This document shows, piece after piece, positions 39,336 through 53,770 of a stretch of 64,000 nucleotides of DNA (positions within the stretch are counted from its first letter, which is position 1; every line of letters starts with the position of its first letter). This stretch comes from Vairimorpha necatrix. Taxonomy: Eukaryota. The notes under the pieces were generated by a model, which searched no databases, was not told the DNA's origin, and was given only the letters and a program-made list of their open reading frames with translations. Location of the stretch: NCBI GenBank assembly GCA_036630325.1, contig CP142727.1, positions 868,001 through 932,000 of the forward strand, in the 5' to 3' direction. The position numbers and the translations under genes are program-made.

Positions 39336-40330
39336 TATATATTTTTGCAAATTAATTTTCCAAACTAACATGTGTTATTTGATTAAAAACATTTTAACAA
39401 CAAAAACTGCATGTATAATTCATTTGAAACGGGGTTCAAATAAATAAGTCATTTAAATTACGAAATAAAAACCACAATATTGAGTATGAGGACAAGAATA
39501 CAAATTTATTTTCTAGATTAACAACTATAGACACACAATATAGATGTTCAAAATGGCATGTAAACACGTGTAATATGTTATTTAAAAAAAGGTTGTAAAT
39601 AACAATTCTTGATAACTTACAGCATATTAAATAATTTAATCTAAGATAACTAAGGCATTATCGAATAAATTTGGTCATTTTATAAATCTGATACAATTAT
39701 ACAAAACGTCATATCTAGTGAACGGCATGATGATTATAAAATTTCTGAAAGAATAGATAATATTTATTGTTGAAAAAATAAACACGTACATATAATCTTT
39801 TGATCTCAATAAGAATAAAAACATCATTTTTTGGTTCTTTAAAGTACATAATAATAAGAATTAGAAAGTTAGAAAGGAAAGCAAAACTACAATTATCCGA
39901 ATAAAAAAATACCCAAAGAAATATCAAAACCAAAACGATTTTGTATCAATTACTTTTATATAAAAAACTACTTTAAAAGTAAATACATGTTTCCAATTAT
40001 TGAGTTAAACAAAGCAACATTATGCATTTATTTGTTATTTTCCAGAATTTTGTCTATTAAATATTATAATGCAAGATTTTATTATCAAATTAAAAAATTG
40101 CAAATATTTAACACAAGACATAATTGTTCAAACATTGCGCGTTGAATTTAATAACAATAAAATTGATGAATAATATTTTGTATATAGTGAATATTCACCA
40201 ATATATTCATGTATGCTTAAAATTGTGGATCTATTTTTGTTTACTTTATAAAACTATCTGTTACATTGGAAACTTGTTATGCCCGATGGTAGAATTTATA
40301 TAAAAAAATTAAAAAGATTTATTTTTATTG

Positions 40331-43300
40331 TTAAACATATCCAAGTTAAGGAGTATTTATTTATAAAATATATCTTTGGATATTTAATCCACAACATCCC
40401 CGCGACTAGTTATTTGTACCTTCTTCCCCTCTCCAAAGATAGAACCTCTCTTTTTTAATTTTACGTAACTGAGTTATGTGTCTTTTACTGACTTTACCTT
40501 ATTATTAAACAGATATGTGTCGTAAGCTAGTAATCCTACAACTTCGCCCATAGCTGAAAATTTTGGCTGTCCTTTATATTTATGTATGTGATCAACTATT
40601 AAAACAAAATCACGTAGATAAAATTTTAGATATTCAATTTGTTTAGACATTTCCTTATACTTCTCAATTCTATTTTCAAAATGTCCATTTTTTAATAGTT
40701 TTAGGTTTTCCAGATTCAAAGCCTCTTTAGGTGTTAAGTTTTTAGCTGAATGGCGAATCTTGTTGTAACTAACAGGTACATTTTCAACTAGTTGTGATAA
40801 TATTATCGTTTCTCTTGTTTGTTTACGCCTTCGTCCATCGTTCTATTAAAATGTTTTATTCTACCGTTTGAGCAATGATGGTATGGAGAAGTTATGTGTT
40901 GAGTAATCTTGTTTCTATCATCCAATTTCTTATATAGTAGCTACTATTTTCTTTAGCTGCATCGAAACTAAATGTCTCAATATTAAAATTCTTATTAACT
41001 ATTTCCAAGAATATTAATAAATTTCTGCTTGTTAATTTTTAAATACTTTTTCTACAGCGTATCTCGAAAGAAATCTATTGCTGTAAAAATGTAAGAGCTT
41101 TCTATTATATCTATAATGTCGAAAGCCACTTTTTCTCTAGGTTCAAAAGCTTCAATGTGTCTATATCCTGTTATTCTTACAAGGTTATATTCTTTGCACT
41201 TTAGACATTCTTAAATAATTTCTTTTGCTTTACTAAGCTAATGTTTTTATCTGGCTCACTTTCACATAAGTACTCGTAAGTGGCTTTGGCTTCTCTATGA
41301 ACCAATTTTTCATGAGCTTTTACTATGCTCTCTTCATTACTAGTTCTATTGATATTATTTATCACTTTGTATTGACGTGATAACCCATAAACGTGTGCCA
41401 ATTCAATTGGTTTTTTATATTATATCTCACAGTCATACATCTGGATACTTTCTATCCATCTAATGATTCGAGATTATTTAATTTCTCCTTATTGGTCGAG
41501 GGCTTCTAGCGCTTGTGATCTGTAAAAATCGTAAATTTCCTACCAAATAACCAATACTTAAAGTGTTCCATCGCTCGAGACGAAGCAAGCATTTCTTTCT
41601 AGGTATTAGTATAATTTATTCAGCATCTCTCAGTTGTCTTGATGCAAATGCTATTGGCCGTTCTATTACATCACGAATTTGACTAAGTATTGCACCTAGT
41701 CCAGTGTTTGACGCATCTGTCGTTAAAATAAAATTAGATGATAAGTTCGGTTGGTATATACATAATTCTATATTCAATATTTTTTTAGTTCATGAATGCC
41801 AATTCTTGGCTTTCTCCCCACACAAAATAGTGATTTTTCTTGAACAATATTACCAGCGGATTACAGATGTCAGCACAATTTCTGATATTTTTTCTATAGT
41901 AATTAACAACTCCTAAAAATTTCTTAACATCGTCTGCATTCTTTGGCGTTTTGTACTTGCCAATTCCTTCAGTTTTATCTATTATTGGTCTTAATTTATG
42001 TTGTGAAATTTTATGACCTAAAAATTAAACTTCTTCTTTTAGAATTGATATTTTATCTTTATTTGCAGAAAATCCTGTTTTTTAAGCAAATAGCATACTT
42101 TGGCTAAAGCTTTGTTATGTTCTTCGATAGTTTCTGTAAAAACCAAAACATCATCGACATATGCCAAGCATGTCTTACCAATTTCTTCGTTTAAAACTTT
42201 ATCGATGACTGTTTGAAACATTGTCGGCGAATTCTTACAACTCATTGGCATTCCTAAATATTCGTATGTTTCATTTTTAATTCTAAATGCTGTTTTTTCT
42301 CTGTAAGCTTCACGTAGGTTTGCCTGAAAAAAGCTTCTTTAAGATCGATTTTAGAAAAGTATTTGCTTTTACCTAAGCAATAAATCAATTCTTCTATTCT
42401 AGGTAACGTATAACTATCTAGTTCCACTATGTTATTAAGTTTAATTAAATTAATAGTTAATCTGACGCTTCCATCTTTTTTCTCCATGGTCTCACGTTAT
42501 TCAACCACGTCGATTTAGATGCTCTAATATAGTTGTTTATTAACAACCTTTCTATTTCCACTTTTACTTTCTTTCCCAAGCTTGTGAAATTCTATATGTA
42601 CTTACGAGAACCTTTTTTCCTTTTTTAGTCATAATTTTACATTCGAAATCCTTTATACCTTCTGGTTTTTATGCCCACAGCATTTTAATTTCTTCCTTAT
42701 AGTTACCAATATCTGATTTTTCAACCTTTTATTGTCTCTGAGACATCCAATTTCTTCCTATGATGACTGTTGCGTCTGTTTTTAAGCAATATATAAAATT
42801 TTTCTCTGTACAAATTTCGTTTGTAGTTGAAATCTAACAATACATATCTTTTATTTTAAATTCTTCTAATAAGCAGGTATATAGACTGATTGGTTCTTTT
42901 AGTTTATTTATCCTCTCTTTTACTTTTTTTAAAATTGTAAGTGTAATAAAACTTAACTCTAGAGTAGTAACAAAATAGTTCTAAATTTATTATTTTTGAT
43001 ATATACGGAATTATCTTTTATTACTTCGTCAACATTTTCAATATTATTCACTCTTTTTTTTGAATTTTCCTTCTTTCAAAAATTTTTTTAAATTCTTTCC
43101 ATATACGGCTGCATTTCTTATTTCCTCTAGCCTCTTTACTATTTTAAACAAGTCAAGATTACTAACCGAAAAGCTTACGGTTGCTTTTCCAATTTATTCG
43201 CGCATCTTACGTAATCCAAGAAAACTGATCATAAAGATAAATTCCTGATCTTCAATTATCGTATCGCCTAATTTTTTCATTCTTCTGAAAAATTCAAAAT

Positions 43301-43685
43301 ATTTTTCATCCTTATTTTGGTGCTCTTTGAAAAATTCTCTTTTTAATATTTTGTTTTCAAATTTTGTAAACATAAGATCTTTTCAGTCACTAAATACTAT
43401 TTTCTTGATTTTTTTTGTTTTTCGTTTTGCATCGTGCCGCGAAAGTTTCATAATCTGCCCTGTCAAGAATTTTTTCAATTTTGTCTTCATCAGACAAGGA
43501 CTTAAAATTGGTTTTCTTTCTAAACGCTCCATTTTAGCTTTAATGTCTTTGACCAAGATTTGTAGGGTAAGCTTAGCTAACAACTTTATGATGTCTTCAT
43601 TTTCCATAATCTTCACCATATTTAACATATCCAAGTAAAATGTATTTATTTATAAAGCATATCTTTGGATATTCAATCCACAACA
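40331..43685 (-). mobile_element. Heavily degenerate Ty3/gypsy element E with ~65-bp LTRs
   Basis: Direct repeats 40331-40396 and 43621-43685. PBS-like TGGTGAAG. Remnants KIDLKEAF, AYVDD, TTDAS, HEKLVHR. TSD not clean. Confidence 0.85.
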
Positions 43686-43696
43686 TTTGAATAAAG

Positions 43697-43925
43697 TGTC
43701 AAGGGACAGTTTTCCAGTGGTCCTACGCCTACCCCGGAGGCCAGAGAGTACTAGCATATAGAGAATTTTTCTTTTATTGTAATTATGTTTTTAGAGGGAA
43801 AATGTACCACATTTTCCCGCCCATAAACATAAAAGAAAATCATCCCTAGAAGGGCATGAAGAAATTTAATAAACCATTTAATAGTAAAGATTCTTCGAGG
43901 ACTGTTGGACATACAACAGCACACA
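43697..43925. repeat. Solo LTR, 229 bp, separate family
   Basis: TGTCAAGG...CAGCACACA with TSD TAAAG on both sides. Second copy at 51797-53238. Confidence 0.8.
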
Positions 43926-45492
43926 TAAAGAATTTAATAAAATGTTAACATTAAAATTTTAAAACTAACTTATTTCTTTTAAATATTTTTTTGTCTGTTA
44001 TATATTGTTTCGTATTTTATTGGGTAAAATGGAACAAATAAAATGACTGTAAACTGTTTAAAAATCATTTGTCAAAATCAAATATAATAAAACGATAAAT
44101 TTTTTGTCAGTTATTGTATATAAAATAACAAGCAAGTTATTTTTTTGAAAATAAAAATTTAAAATCTAAAAAAACCATATTAGATAGTAGAGTAAATCTT
44201 TCATTAAAATATATATATTTAAAAAATAATATTATTGTTTTATATTGCCCAGCTGGAGCATCGGTGGGATCAAACAAATGTATGTTACAACTTACAATAG
44301 AATAAAATATAAGGGAGGCCGATTGACTAGACCTCCAAAACATTGATACTAAAGAGATCTCAAACTTAGAGATACGGCTATGAATTTCTTAGGCTCATTT
44401 AAAAAGATGAAATAATATTGGAAATAGATAAAAGCAATAATAAAGACATTATCAGGGTAAAAAGTATTTTGCGCCTATTTCCAAGTGTTGTAAAAAATAA
44501 GCACGCCTTAATAATATTCAATTGTTTGGATGGGTATATTGCACAAATTAACGGAAACATTACATAATGACAACACCTTATTTTAATATTTTAGGTGGTG
44601 GAGTGCATTCGGGAAATAAGTTCTCAATTCAAAAAAAATTGATAACATTCAATATTGAACATAATAAAAAAACTTAGAATATGGTAATGCATAATAAAAA
44701 ATTAAAAATTTCATTATAAAAATAAATTTTAGTGTATGCAAAAGTTTGAGTGATACAGGGGGGTTGCCTTACCTTAAAAATATGGACGGAGCTTTTTATC
44801 TTTTGAAGATACTGGGAACTTATGTGACATAACTGAGCATAAAATAGCAATAACGGTAACAGAATAATTTTTAAAGATAATTTTATGATTTAAACGAATA
44901 AAAATGAAATCTGATGATATTATTTGTATTTGACACAAAAACAATTAATATATACTGAATTGAAGATCTTTTGCGATGATAATATTGCAGGCTGGAAAAA
45001 GCGGAGATTTAGTACACAAACTAACTATAGTGGTGGAAGACCTTCAGTTATAAAAATTAAACTAGTAAAGCAAGCCGGCAAAATTGTAAAATGTGTTGTA
45101 GTAAGGCTAAACCAGATAGGGTCCGTACTATAGTCGCTAATACTGCTAATATGGCTAAAAAATTTCGTGATGAAAGCCACGGTATTTCATAGATGCTTTA
45201 AAACAGAAGACACTTTGATCGGCCATAACAGTAGGTATCAGAGCAGATACAAAAAAATCTGCCTCCGGGTAGAGGAAAGCGAGGTTCTAAATATAATAAA
45301 TTCATTAGGATTAATGAATATCTGCAGAAATATATTGTATGTTTTTTGGAAGGGGAGGGGGGGGGTAACATTAGGCCTATGTATTTTTTTACAAATCTTA
45401 TAAATTTAAAATATTATAAAACTACAAATATTTTTAATATCACGCATATTAAACCCGCAAAATTTTTATGAAGTGTCTAAATCGTTCATATG

Positions 45493-45840
45493 TGGCGTGT
45501 TTACCGGGAAGATTGCCTGTAGCAAGAAAGCATTCAATGATGCTACGATTTGGGAGCCGTGAAAACCGGAGTTAAAAGAGTTAGAGTGAATGGATTGTTT
45601 ATTGTTATGAAAAGAGTTTTGTTTATCTGATTTGTAGAAGGAAGAGTGTTTGTTTGCGTTCTGATGTTGTACCATGTTGTTCATGGAATTTCTTTAATTA
45701 TATACATGGTAACCAATAGAAAAGAAATAAGATTTGGCTGACCAATAATAGTCGACCATATTTGATCGTTTCGAAAAAGCATCGGCGTTTTAGTATTTAT
45801 TGGTTTTTATAAATCATGTGGTACGATCCATTATACCACA
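45493..45840 (-). repeat. Solo LTR, A family
   Basis: Reverse complement of 800-1148. TSD ATATG. Confidence 0.92.
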
Positions 45841-48572
45841 ATATGATATCTAATAATGCATATTATTATACTTTATATCGACACTACAAACCCATAGTTC
45901 ATAAATTTTTCGATTTATATAAATTGCCAATTTGTTTAAGGTCCATATTTTATGTACATTTCTCATATAATAGTAGTCTTGTTTTCAATAAAAATTGCAG
46001 TTAAAACATATATATCAACCTAGTTATAATCATTTTTTCCAAAGTTTTGTTAATATTTTACAATAACAAGAATTGTACCAAATAGTTTTTGATGGTAAGT
46101 ATTCCCCTTGAACTTCTCGTATTATATCTGCATAGCATTACATCGAACACTATAAATTTGTTTTTGGGCATCCCTTAAATCACTGAAAAGTTTTATGTTT
46201 ACCATTTACAAAACACCACAGCAGCCCGCCAGGATAGCATATTTCATTACAGACAATGCTTATCTAATTGTAGACGATGTTTACTTTATACCCATTCACA
46301 TCCGAACATTTCGTTGTATTTTTCTTCGATTATAATTTGTAATACGTCACTAGGATGATCTGAATCTAAATTTGTTTAGCAGTTGAAACATCATCAAATA
46401 CAAACTAGTGTTATACTTAATCTAGATGATGCTAGATTTTTTACATTTACTTTTGATTCTAGGACTTTTTATGAAAAACTTGTTTTAATATGCTTTAGCC
46501 GATCGCAAAAAAATTATAATATCAACTAAATTTATTTATATTTCAAAAGATCAAAACACTGCAAGCAAAAATTTCGAGTTCTGCGGGCCAATATATAATA
46601 TTCACGTTTTCTTAGAAAATATTTCTCTTGTGTATAACTTGAATATAAAGTTTTAGAATCATTATTAGTTTGTAATCGTTCAAATATTCTCCAACAAAAG
46701 GCGTCATTAGCGTTAAAAAAAATCCCGGGAAATATTTTCTATTCATAAAATATCGCACGACAATCACGTCCCGACAACGACCCCATACATGGCGTCCCAA
46801 TCTCACTTAATACCTAAATATTTAGCACACAGTTGTTGAAAATTTATGTTTTTATTCCTTGAGATTAAAAAAAATCCATCACATTCGATTTTTTTGCCAA
46901 GAATATTAATTTTATAAAGATTGTTATTTTTTTAGTTTTAATGACCCCAAAATGAAACAAACATCATTAAAAGAAGTTAATGTAGCTTCAATACTTTTAT
47001 ATTATCTGGTAAGAAGCCAAAACAGATTTAATTGTTACATTAAAAGACTGTCTTTTATATTTAAAACAGTAGTTTTGAAACAGTTAAAACAATGACAAGA
47101 ATCTTGAGCATATCGACGCTCTGTTGATTCTTTCAAAAGATTCATCAGATTATATTTTTTACACATTATGGTCAAATATTTTTCTTTAATTCTAGCCCAT
47201 TATGGTACCGTAACCCCGGTTAGTATATACTGTCCTATGGGTATATTATTAAATTGTAAAATTTTTGTTATTGATAAATTCTTATCAGTTCCAATCTTTC
47301 TTTCTCATAATTTCCTATTGTGTACTTCTTTATAAAATGCATAATATTTTGTAATAGAAATGAGGAGATTAGCATGTTGTTTAAACACAAGACAATACAT
47401 ACATGCCTTCTAACAAAAAGGTAAACTCAAAAAAACAATCGGAATCATCGGATCCGTTGGTACCAGTCTATAATTCTTTTTTTCCTTAGATTATGGCAGA
47501 TGATCGTAACCCGTTAGTATTAGAGATTTTTAAAAGATGACTGTATGAAAGACGTACTAGTATGATTTTCCTCTATAAATTTTTTAATCTCATGAAGGGA
47601 TCTAGTGATAAAAAAACTCTTTATTCCATAAACACCTAGTACAAAATGCTTACACATGTTCTAATGAATAACAATACATTAGTCAGGAACTAAATGATAA
47701 TATATTAAATCATTATTTATTTCGATTTTATGTTTTTTATTAACTCTTGCATTAGAGAGACCATAAAATTCGGTCTATTTGGGGGTTTCTTGGCTCACCA
47801 ATATATATTGTCGTAGGTGCCCAAAAGCTGCTACACGTTTGATGTTTTTTATTAATTTAATATTTTAAACTTTTATATTTTACCCCTAAGCAAGATGGAA
47901 GGAAGAGATGAAAAATCTAATAAACAATTAAATATCGACATATATATATATATCATTTTTTTGTCGAATATTCTTGTGTGTATTTAAAATAGTACTAAGA
48001 GGAGAGATGACGATGAACATTGCCGAGTAAAACGAAAAATTATTTGATTTAACTTCTAAACAATATTGCTTAATGATACATGTATCAATACCACGAATTC
48101 TGCGACATGTTTCCATTATATAAAATACAAAGAAAAACGAAATACAAGAAAACATATGTAAATTCCTTATAATAAACAAATTAAAGCAATAAAAAAAATG
48201 AATGAAGGTCTTTTTACTTTTACAGAAATACTTTTAACATGACATTTAAGATGAGGTCTGATCTTAACATAATGGTTTATAAGCGCACTATTGAGCTTGA
48301 GTAAAACTGTTGCATGTGGTTTTAAACAAATTAAAGTATAAAAAAAAGAATTTTAAAATTCAAAGGAAAATATAACAAAACAATATTACCCAATTAATAA
48401 ACTTTTTTAATTGAATTTTGAGTAATTCTAGCTTCGTCTTTTTTAGTTAATGAAATAGAAGACTTCGTTGCTAAAGGAATGAAAGCATGAGCTTCTTTAT
48501 TATAAACTATTTATTATATCATGTTAAATATCTTAGAATGAACATTGGAATATTTTACACGTATCACACTTC

Positions 48573-49546
48573 GGTACATGATCGTTTGGAACCCGCTTTG
48601 AAAAATTCAAAAAAGGGAAAATAAAAAAAAATTTAAAAAAGAGACTTTATGATTCATTAATAATAATGAAAGAAGAAATTTACCGTTGATTAATGGAAAT
48701 TTGGAAAGCCCTGAGAAACTGTAAAAGGTATTTGGCGTGTTTACCGGGGAGCTTGCCTGTGGCAAGGAAGCATTCAATGATGCTACGGTTTTGATTGCCG
48801 TGAAAACCTGAGTTTAGATAGTTGGAAGGGAAAGATTGTTTATTGTTATAAAAAGAGTTTTGTTTATCTTATTTGTAGAAGGAAGAGTGTTTGTTATTGT
48901 TCGGATGTTGTACCATGTTGTTCATGGAATTTCTCTATTTATATTACATAGTACCCAATAGAAAGAAATAAGATTTGGCTGACCAATAATAGTCGACCAA
49001 AACTGATCGTTTCGAAGAAGCATCGGCGTTTTAGTATTTGTTGGTTTTTATAAATCATATGGTATGATCCATTATACCACAGTACTCATAATGTTCGTCC
49101 TGGTTTATTCGATGTCTAGGCCGAATATCTACTTTAGAATTGAGCCAAAATCAACTAAATTATTTGATATTGTGTCTAAGAATCGCTAGGGGTTACAGCA
49201 TTGATGGAGTGATTCGCAGTCCTGTGCTACATCCCATTGCTTGTCTAATGTGGCTTCATATGCTACCCATCAATCAGAGATTATAATAGAAACAAGTTAT
49301 ACATTATCTTGTATTGCCCTAAAGAAATAACAGTATTTCTACTAGTTACAGAAACTAGCAAAGCGCACGCTGATTCAACATCAGATGTTTCCAAAATAAA
49401 CTTTTTTGTGTTTCATTTTTAAATTCATTTCTTTACTATAAAGCTCATCTGCCTCAACAAACATTGTTTTTGCCAATTTTGAAAGGGTCCGTTAAACTTC
49501 AAAGCGGGGGTATTTTCCCAAAGCGGGTTCCAAATGGTCATGTCCC
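48573..49546. mobile_element. Degenerate Merlin-like TIR element, same family as 30826-34777
   Basis: TIRs GGTACATGATCGTTTGGAACCCGCTTTG / CAAAGCGGGTTCCAAATGGTCATGTCCC. Internal block TCCTGGTTTATTC.ATGTCTAGGCCG is shared. No TSD seen. Confidence 0.72.
48733..49081 (-). repeat. Solo LTR, A family, nested in the TIR element
   Basis: Reverse complement of 800-1148. TSD GTATT/GTACT. Confidence 0.9.
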
Positions 49547-50330
49547 AAAAAATACCATGGGGAAGATTTATTAATAGTTTTGGCGTTTCGTATGGCGAAA
49601 ATAAATGAAGAAAAAGTTATTTTTTTTGTGATTATAGAAAAAGATACATTGATTCTGTTTATTTAAGCAGGTAAATTTTAGATATTTATTTATTCTGATA
49701 TGTAGAGGGCATGCACCCTTGAAAGACTATTATAGGGACCATAAATTGTGAATCATGATCAAATTTTTATATAATAAAACATGTGTTCATAAAGCATCAT
49801 TATAGGTAATTGGCGGGCATTAAAACTATCTATATCCATTATGTGTAGTACATATGAATGAATAGATATATTTGACTCTCTATATGATTTTTAGAAATGA
49901 GAGTCGAATACCTTCGAAGCATTTTTAAAATCATGTTTTAAATGTTTTTTATTTATTTAAATCTCAATTTAATAACATTTTAATGTATTTATCTTGCTTA
50001 ATATTGGTTCGGAAAATCCCTTCCTTTCCTTTTTCTAAAAAGAGGCAATTTTTTTCATACTAATGCCGACTTTAGCTAGATATCCCATCAAATAAGGGCG
50101 TAACATTTTCATACTAAAGCTCAACGTTGCCCATAATCGGATAAAAATGAGATAAAGTATTAAAAGAGCATTTCTATTTTATGTGCCCCCTGCCATTTGT
50201 CAGTGGGAAGCAGGTATTTTTAAGAAAATAGCTAAGAGTACGAGCGGTCAAGCCCTTAGTTTGCACTACGAGATCTATAGAGAAGCCAAGATGTATCCGT
50301 GACACATCTTACTTTTTTGATAGAGATTTC

Positions 50331-51414
50331 GGCGCTCCTTAAATTCAAAATCACAGGGGTCAAAAAAATTTACGAACATGTATTGTAAACATTATACAAA
50401 AAAATTACAAACGCCCTTATGATTTTGAATTTAAGGAAAGCGATTTTTGAATTTTAATTTTTTACCCATAATGAAAGTTTTAAATCTCTACAGCATAATA
50501 TTTGTTATAGAGAAAGCAACCATAAAATACTTAACGGCTTTAAACTTCTACAGTAATACTATGAAGTGTTACTGTGATCGTTTTATGAACCAAGTAAAAT
50601 CTAAAAACTACTTGTAAGGAAACTGTTTTTATAGTACAAATGGCTGCAAAAAGCGAAAGAGCATTAAAAATGGTACTTTCCTACAGAAGTTCAGGATGTC
50701 TACACACATACAACTGAGAATGTTGTATTGTTGGGCGATGAAAATGACCAGCACAAAATCTCAATATCATGTGAGGTTTTCGTGCCCCCTAAATGTCTTT
50801 CAAGGGCTTTATCCTAGAAAAAATAAAAAATGAAATAAATACCTTTTTTGTAAGAATAGGTGGGACGGGAATTACTATTCAAGTCGACGAGACAGCAATA
50901 TGTAGTGATCGTATAATTACGAATCCTCGACAGAAGAAGACGATATTCCTGGGACGACTTGGCTAGTCGGAGGTATAAAAAATGAAAGCAACAATTGCTT
51001 CTTAAAAATAGTTCCTAAAGAGCTGTCCCTATAATGCTAGATCTATTTAGGGAGTATGTAGTATAAGGAACTACATAAGATTGATGGTTTTGCTTCGTAC
51101 CGTTCTGCTGTACTCGATTTCAAATCTGTTCATGAAGTCGTTAATCGTAGTGTTAGTTTACCAATGACAATGGACAACATACTAACAAAATAGAGAATCT
51201 GTGGAATCATTTAAAGACCGAATTGAGAACAAGAAGAGAATAATGAAGGGAAATATGGAAGATTTTATATACGAGTCTAATTTAGATCTAAATTTTAAAA
51301 GAGAAGAATTCTGATACATATGCTGAAACTTTTACCAGAATACTCTTGTTAGAATAAATGTTTCTTTTTTTTTTTAATTTTTTAACCCCTGTGATTTTGA
51401 ACTTAAGAAGCGTC
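50331..51414 (+). mobile_element. Merlin (IS1016-like) DNA transposon, degenerate transposase
   Basis: TIRs GGCGCTCCTTAAATTCAAAATCACAGGGG / CCCCTGTGATTTTGAACTTAAGAAGCGTC. 8-bp TSD GAGATTTC. Remnants IGGDGITIQVDETAI, WLVGG, HTNKIENLWNHLK. Confidence 0.9.
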
Positions 51415-51857
51415 GAGATTTCATATTCAACAAGTTGGCATGCAAAAAGAGTATATTTTTTTAGTGATGTTTTGTAACTAATAAACAAAGTCGATTGGTA
51501 TGACCAAAGCAATGGATACAATAAATAGTTTACTATATTTGTCATCGGATTAATTTAATTATTTATTTTATCATTCGTCAATGTTCTTAATGAAGGATGA
51601 TTACATCTCCTTCTGAAGTAAAATTCGCTATAAAAAATTTTTAAACTTAAGGATTATTCTTTTTTATTCCATTCCTAAAGATATGGGCATTCTTTCATTA
51701 TTTTATTGTTTGTTTACAATTAAATAAATCAACAAAAAGCTAAGGTTTCGGTTTGATGTACAAGATATTACGTCATGCTGGTCTTATATAATATATCGTC
51801 AAGGAGCGGATTTCCAATTTATATATTTTTCTACCGAGACCAGAGAATATTTTTCTA

Positions 51858-53078
51858 GGTTAAGTTCTCGACTTACCCCCCCACCCCTAAAAAAAATAAA
51901 AAAAAATAAAAAAGGGGGGAAAAATAAAAAAAAATAAAAAAACGTTTAATTCTCGACTTAACCCCCCTTACCCCCCAAAAAAAACAAAAAAAATTATTCC
52001 ACAATTGTAAAGTCTATTTCAGGAATAATATCATAAGCTACAATACTAAAATTACCTATTTGAAAAAATTCTAACATTTTATCCAATAGATTTTCACGAT
52101 ATATTAATTTGAATCTGTTAATGTAAATCTTTCTTACAAGATTCATAATAGTACCATGACTAGTTCCTCCTTTTCTTAGTTCTCTTTTAATAACCGACCA
52201 CATTCCCTCTATAGTCTGAGTATGCGCACCAGTTATATTATCAACAAAATTTTGGCTGTGATTCACAGTCAAATGTAGATACTCATATTCTACACAGATT
52301 GTTTGAATATCACAATATCCACGCCAACAATCTGTCACAATTGTGGTCCCCGGAGCAATTTTTCTTGTAATTAATTCAACAAGAGTAGCTCTTGTTCTAT
52401 TTTCTACGATCTCAAAGAAAAAAGAATTTGCATCCCCTCTCACAACGCCTCCAACTGCCCATACTTGATATTGAAGAACCCTTCCCGCATGGTTTTTACT
52501 TTTTACAAGTAAAGTTTCATCAATTTCAACAATACAACCGACGCCGCCAATCGTTTGATTGTTTATATATGTTGAATAAGAGACGTACACGGCGTTATTA
52601 AAACGCGTAAACCATCTTGATACCGTACATTTACCTATATCAAGTTCTAACGTGGCGGCCAAATTACTTGAACCCTTTACCCATTCGCAAAGCAATATTA
52701 AAAGATCCTCAATAGGCAATTTTGAGTTCTTAAAAACGCTTTGTTTCATTATGGTTCCTTTGTTAGAACATTTTTTACCATCACGCCTTGAATAACAACG
52801 ATAGTTTTCAGTGTTGGTCCGATTTTGAGTCATTGGTATATTGCATTTATTGCACATAGGGACCCTCAAAATGTTTTTTGCAATTAAAAATTGCATTAAC
52901 TCATTTTTTTTATAGATGAGTTTTCTAAATTCTTTAATTCTCATTATGGGTCAAATTTTTTATTTCTTTTATTTTTTCCCCTTTTTTTATTTTTTCCCCT
53001 TTTTTTTATTTTTCCCCCCTTTTTTATTTTTTTTTATTTTTTTTAGGGGTGGGGGGGGGGTAAGTCGAGAACTTAACC
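51858..53078 (-). mobile_element. Merlin DNA transposon, apparently intact
   Basis: TIRs GGTTAAGTTCTCGACTTACCCCCC extending into mirrored A/G-run subtermini. Perfect 8-bp TSD TTTTTCTA. Uninterrupted transposase. Confidence 0.95.
51994..52944 (-). CDS. Merlin / IS1016-IS1595 family DDE transposase, 316 aa
   Basis: N-terminal CxxC..C..C, IGG.G.IVEIDET, WAVGG, VTDCWRGY, VNHSQNFVD..TGAHTQTIEGMWS. CCC-ATA-ATG start context. Confidence 0.93.
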   Translation of the reverse strand: MRIKEFRKLIYKKNELMQFLIAKNILRVPMCNKCNIPMTQNRTNTENYRCYSRRDGKKCSNKGTIMKQSVFKNSKLPIEDLLILLCEWVKGSSNLAATLELDIGKCTVSRWFTRFNNAVYVSYSTYINNQTIGGVGCIVEIDETLLVKSKNHAGRVLQYQVWAVGGVVRGDANSFFFEIVENRTRATLVELITRKIAPGTTIVTDCWRGYCDIQTICVEYEYLHLTVNHSQNFVDNITGAHTQTIEGMWSVIKRELRKGGTSHGTIMNLVRKIYINRFKLIYRENLLDKMLEFFQIGNFSIVAYDIIPEIDFTIVE

Positions 53079-53449
53079 TTTTTCTATAAGTATTCTCTTT
53101 CAATGATGTTTTTAGAGGGGAAATGTAATATTTTCCCTTTATACAAACATAAAAAATTCAAACCAGGAGTGTATGAAGGATGATAAATAGGCAGGCTTAA
53201 AACGTTCTTCTCGGCCTGGTGAGAAATCAACAGCCACATATACAACAGAAGTCAATATATCGGAAGAGGTAACTATTTTAATAGCCTATATTCGGACATA
53301 TATAAAACTTTTTTTTAAATTGTACCCCATTATTCGTCTAGTTGTAGTCTTCAAAGTATATATTTATGACTAATTATTACAATGTACCTCCAAAATATAA
53401 GCTAAATGATTCAAGAAGAAGGACGTGCATACGATGCTTAATATGGTAT

Positions 53450-53770
53450 TGTAATTATACAAGAAAATCATTTTTATTTTATTAATTTCCCCTTTTTGGA
53501 AAATAGGCCATTCGACCGGTCTATTCCAAAAATTAATTATTTATTTAAATTTTACCCCACCCCACAATTTCAGAGGATAAAAGAAACACTAAAACACTAG
53601 AACGATTAATCTTGAGGTACTATACCAAGGAAGAGAGATTACGCCAGGGGTAATCGAAATTTCTTGCCCATGGCCAACGGAGCCATCTAAAAATTAATTT
53701 AAATTATTTTAAAATAATTATGCTATATTGTCTCAGAGTTAGCTCTCTGGGCTTAGTCACTTAAAGCTAG
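53450..53770 (+). repeat. Dispersed ~400-450 bp repeat, copy 3 (alignable part)
   Basis: TTTTGGAAAATAGGCCATTCGACCGGTCTATTCCAAAAAT, ACCAAGGAAG..GCCAGGG, CAGAGTTAGCTCTCTGGGCT match 27060-27315. Confidence 0.65.

Larger units (their letters stand above)
51797..53238. repeat. Solo LTR (43697 family) split by the intact Merlin
   Basis: 51797-51857 plus 53087-53238 align with 43697-43925. Flanks TATAT/TATAC. Confidence 0.7.
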
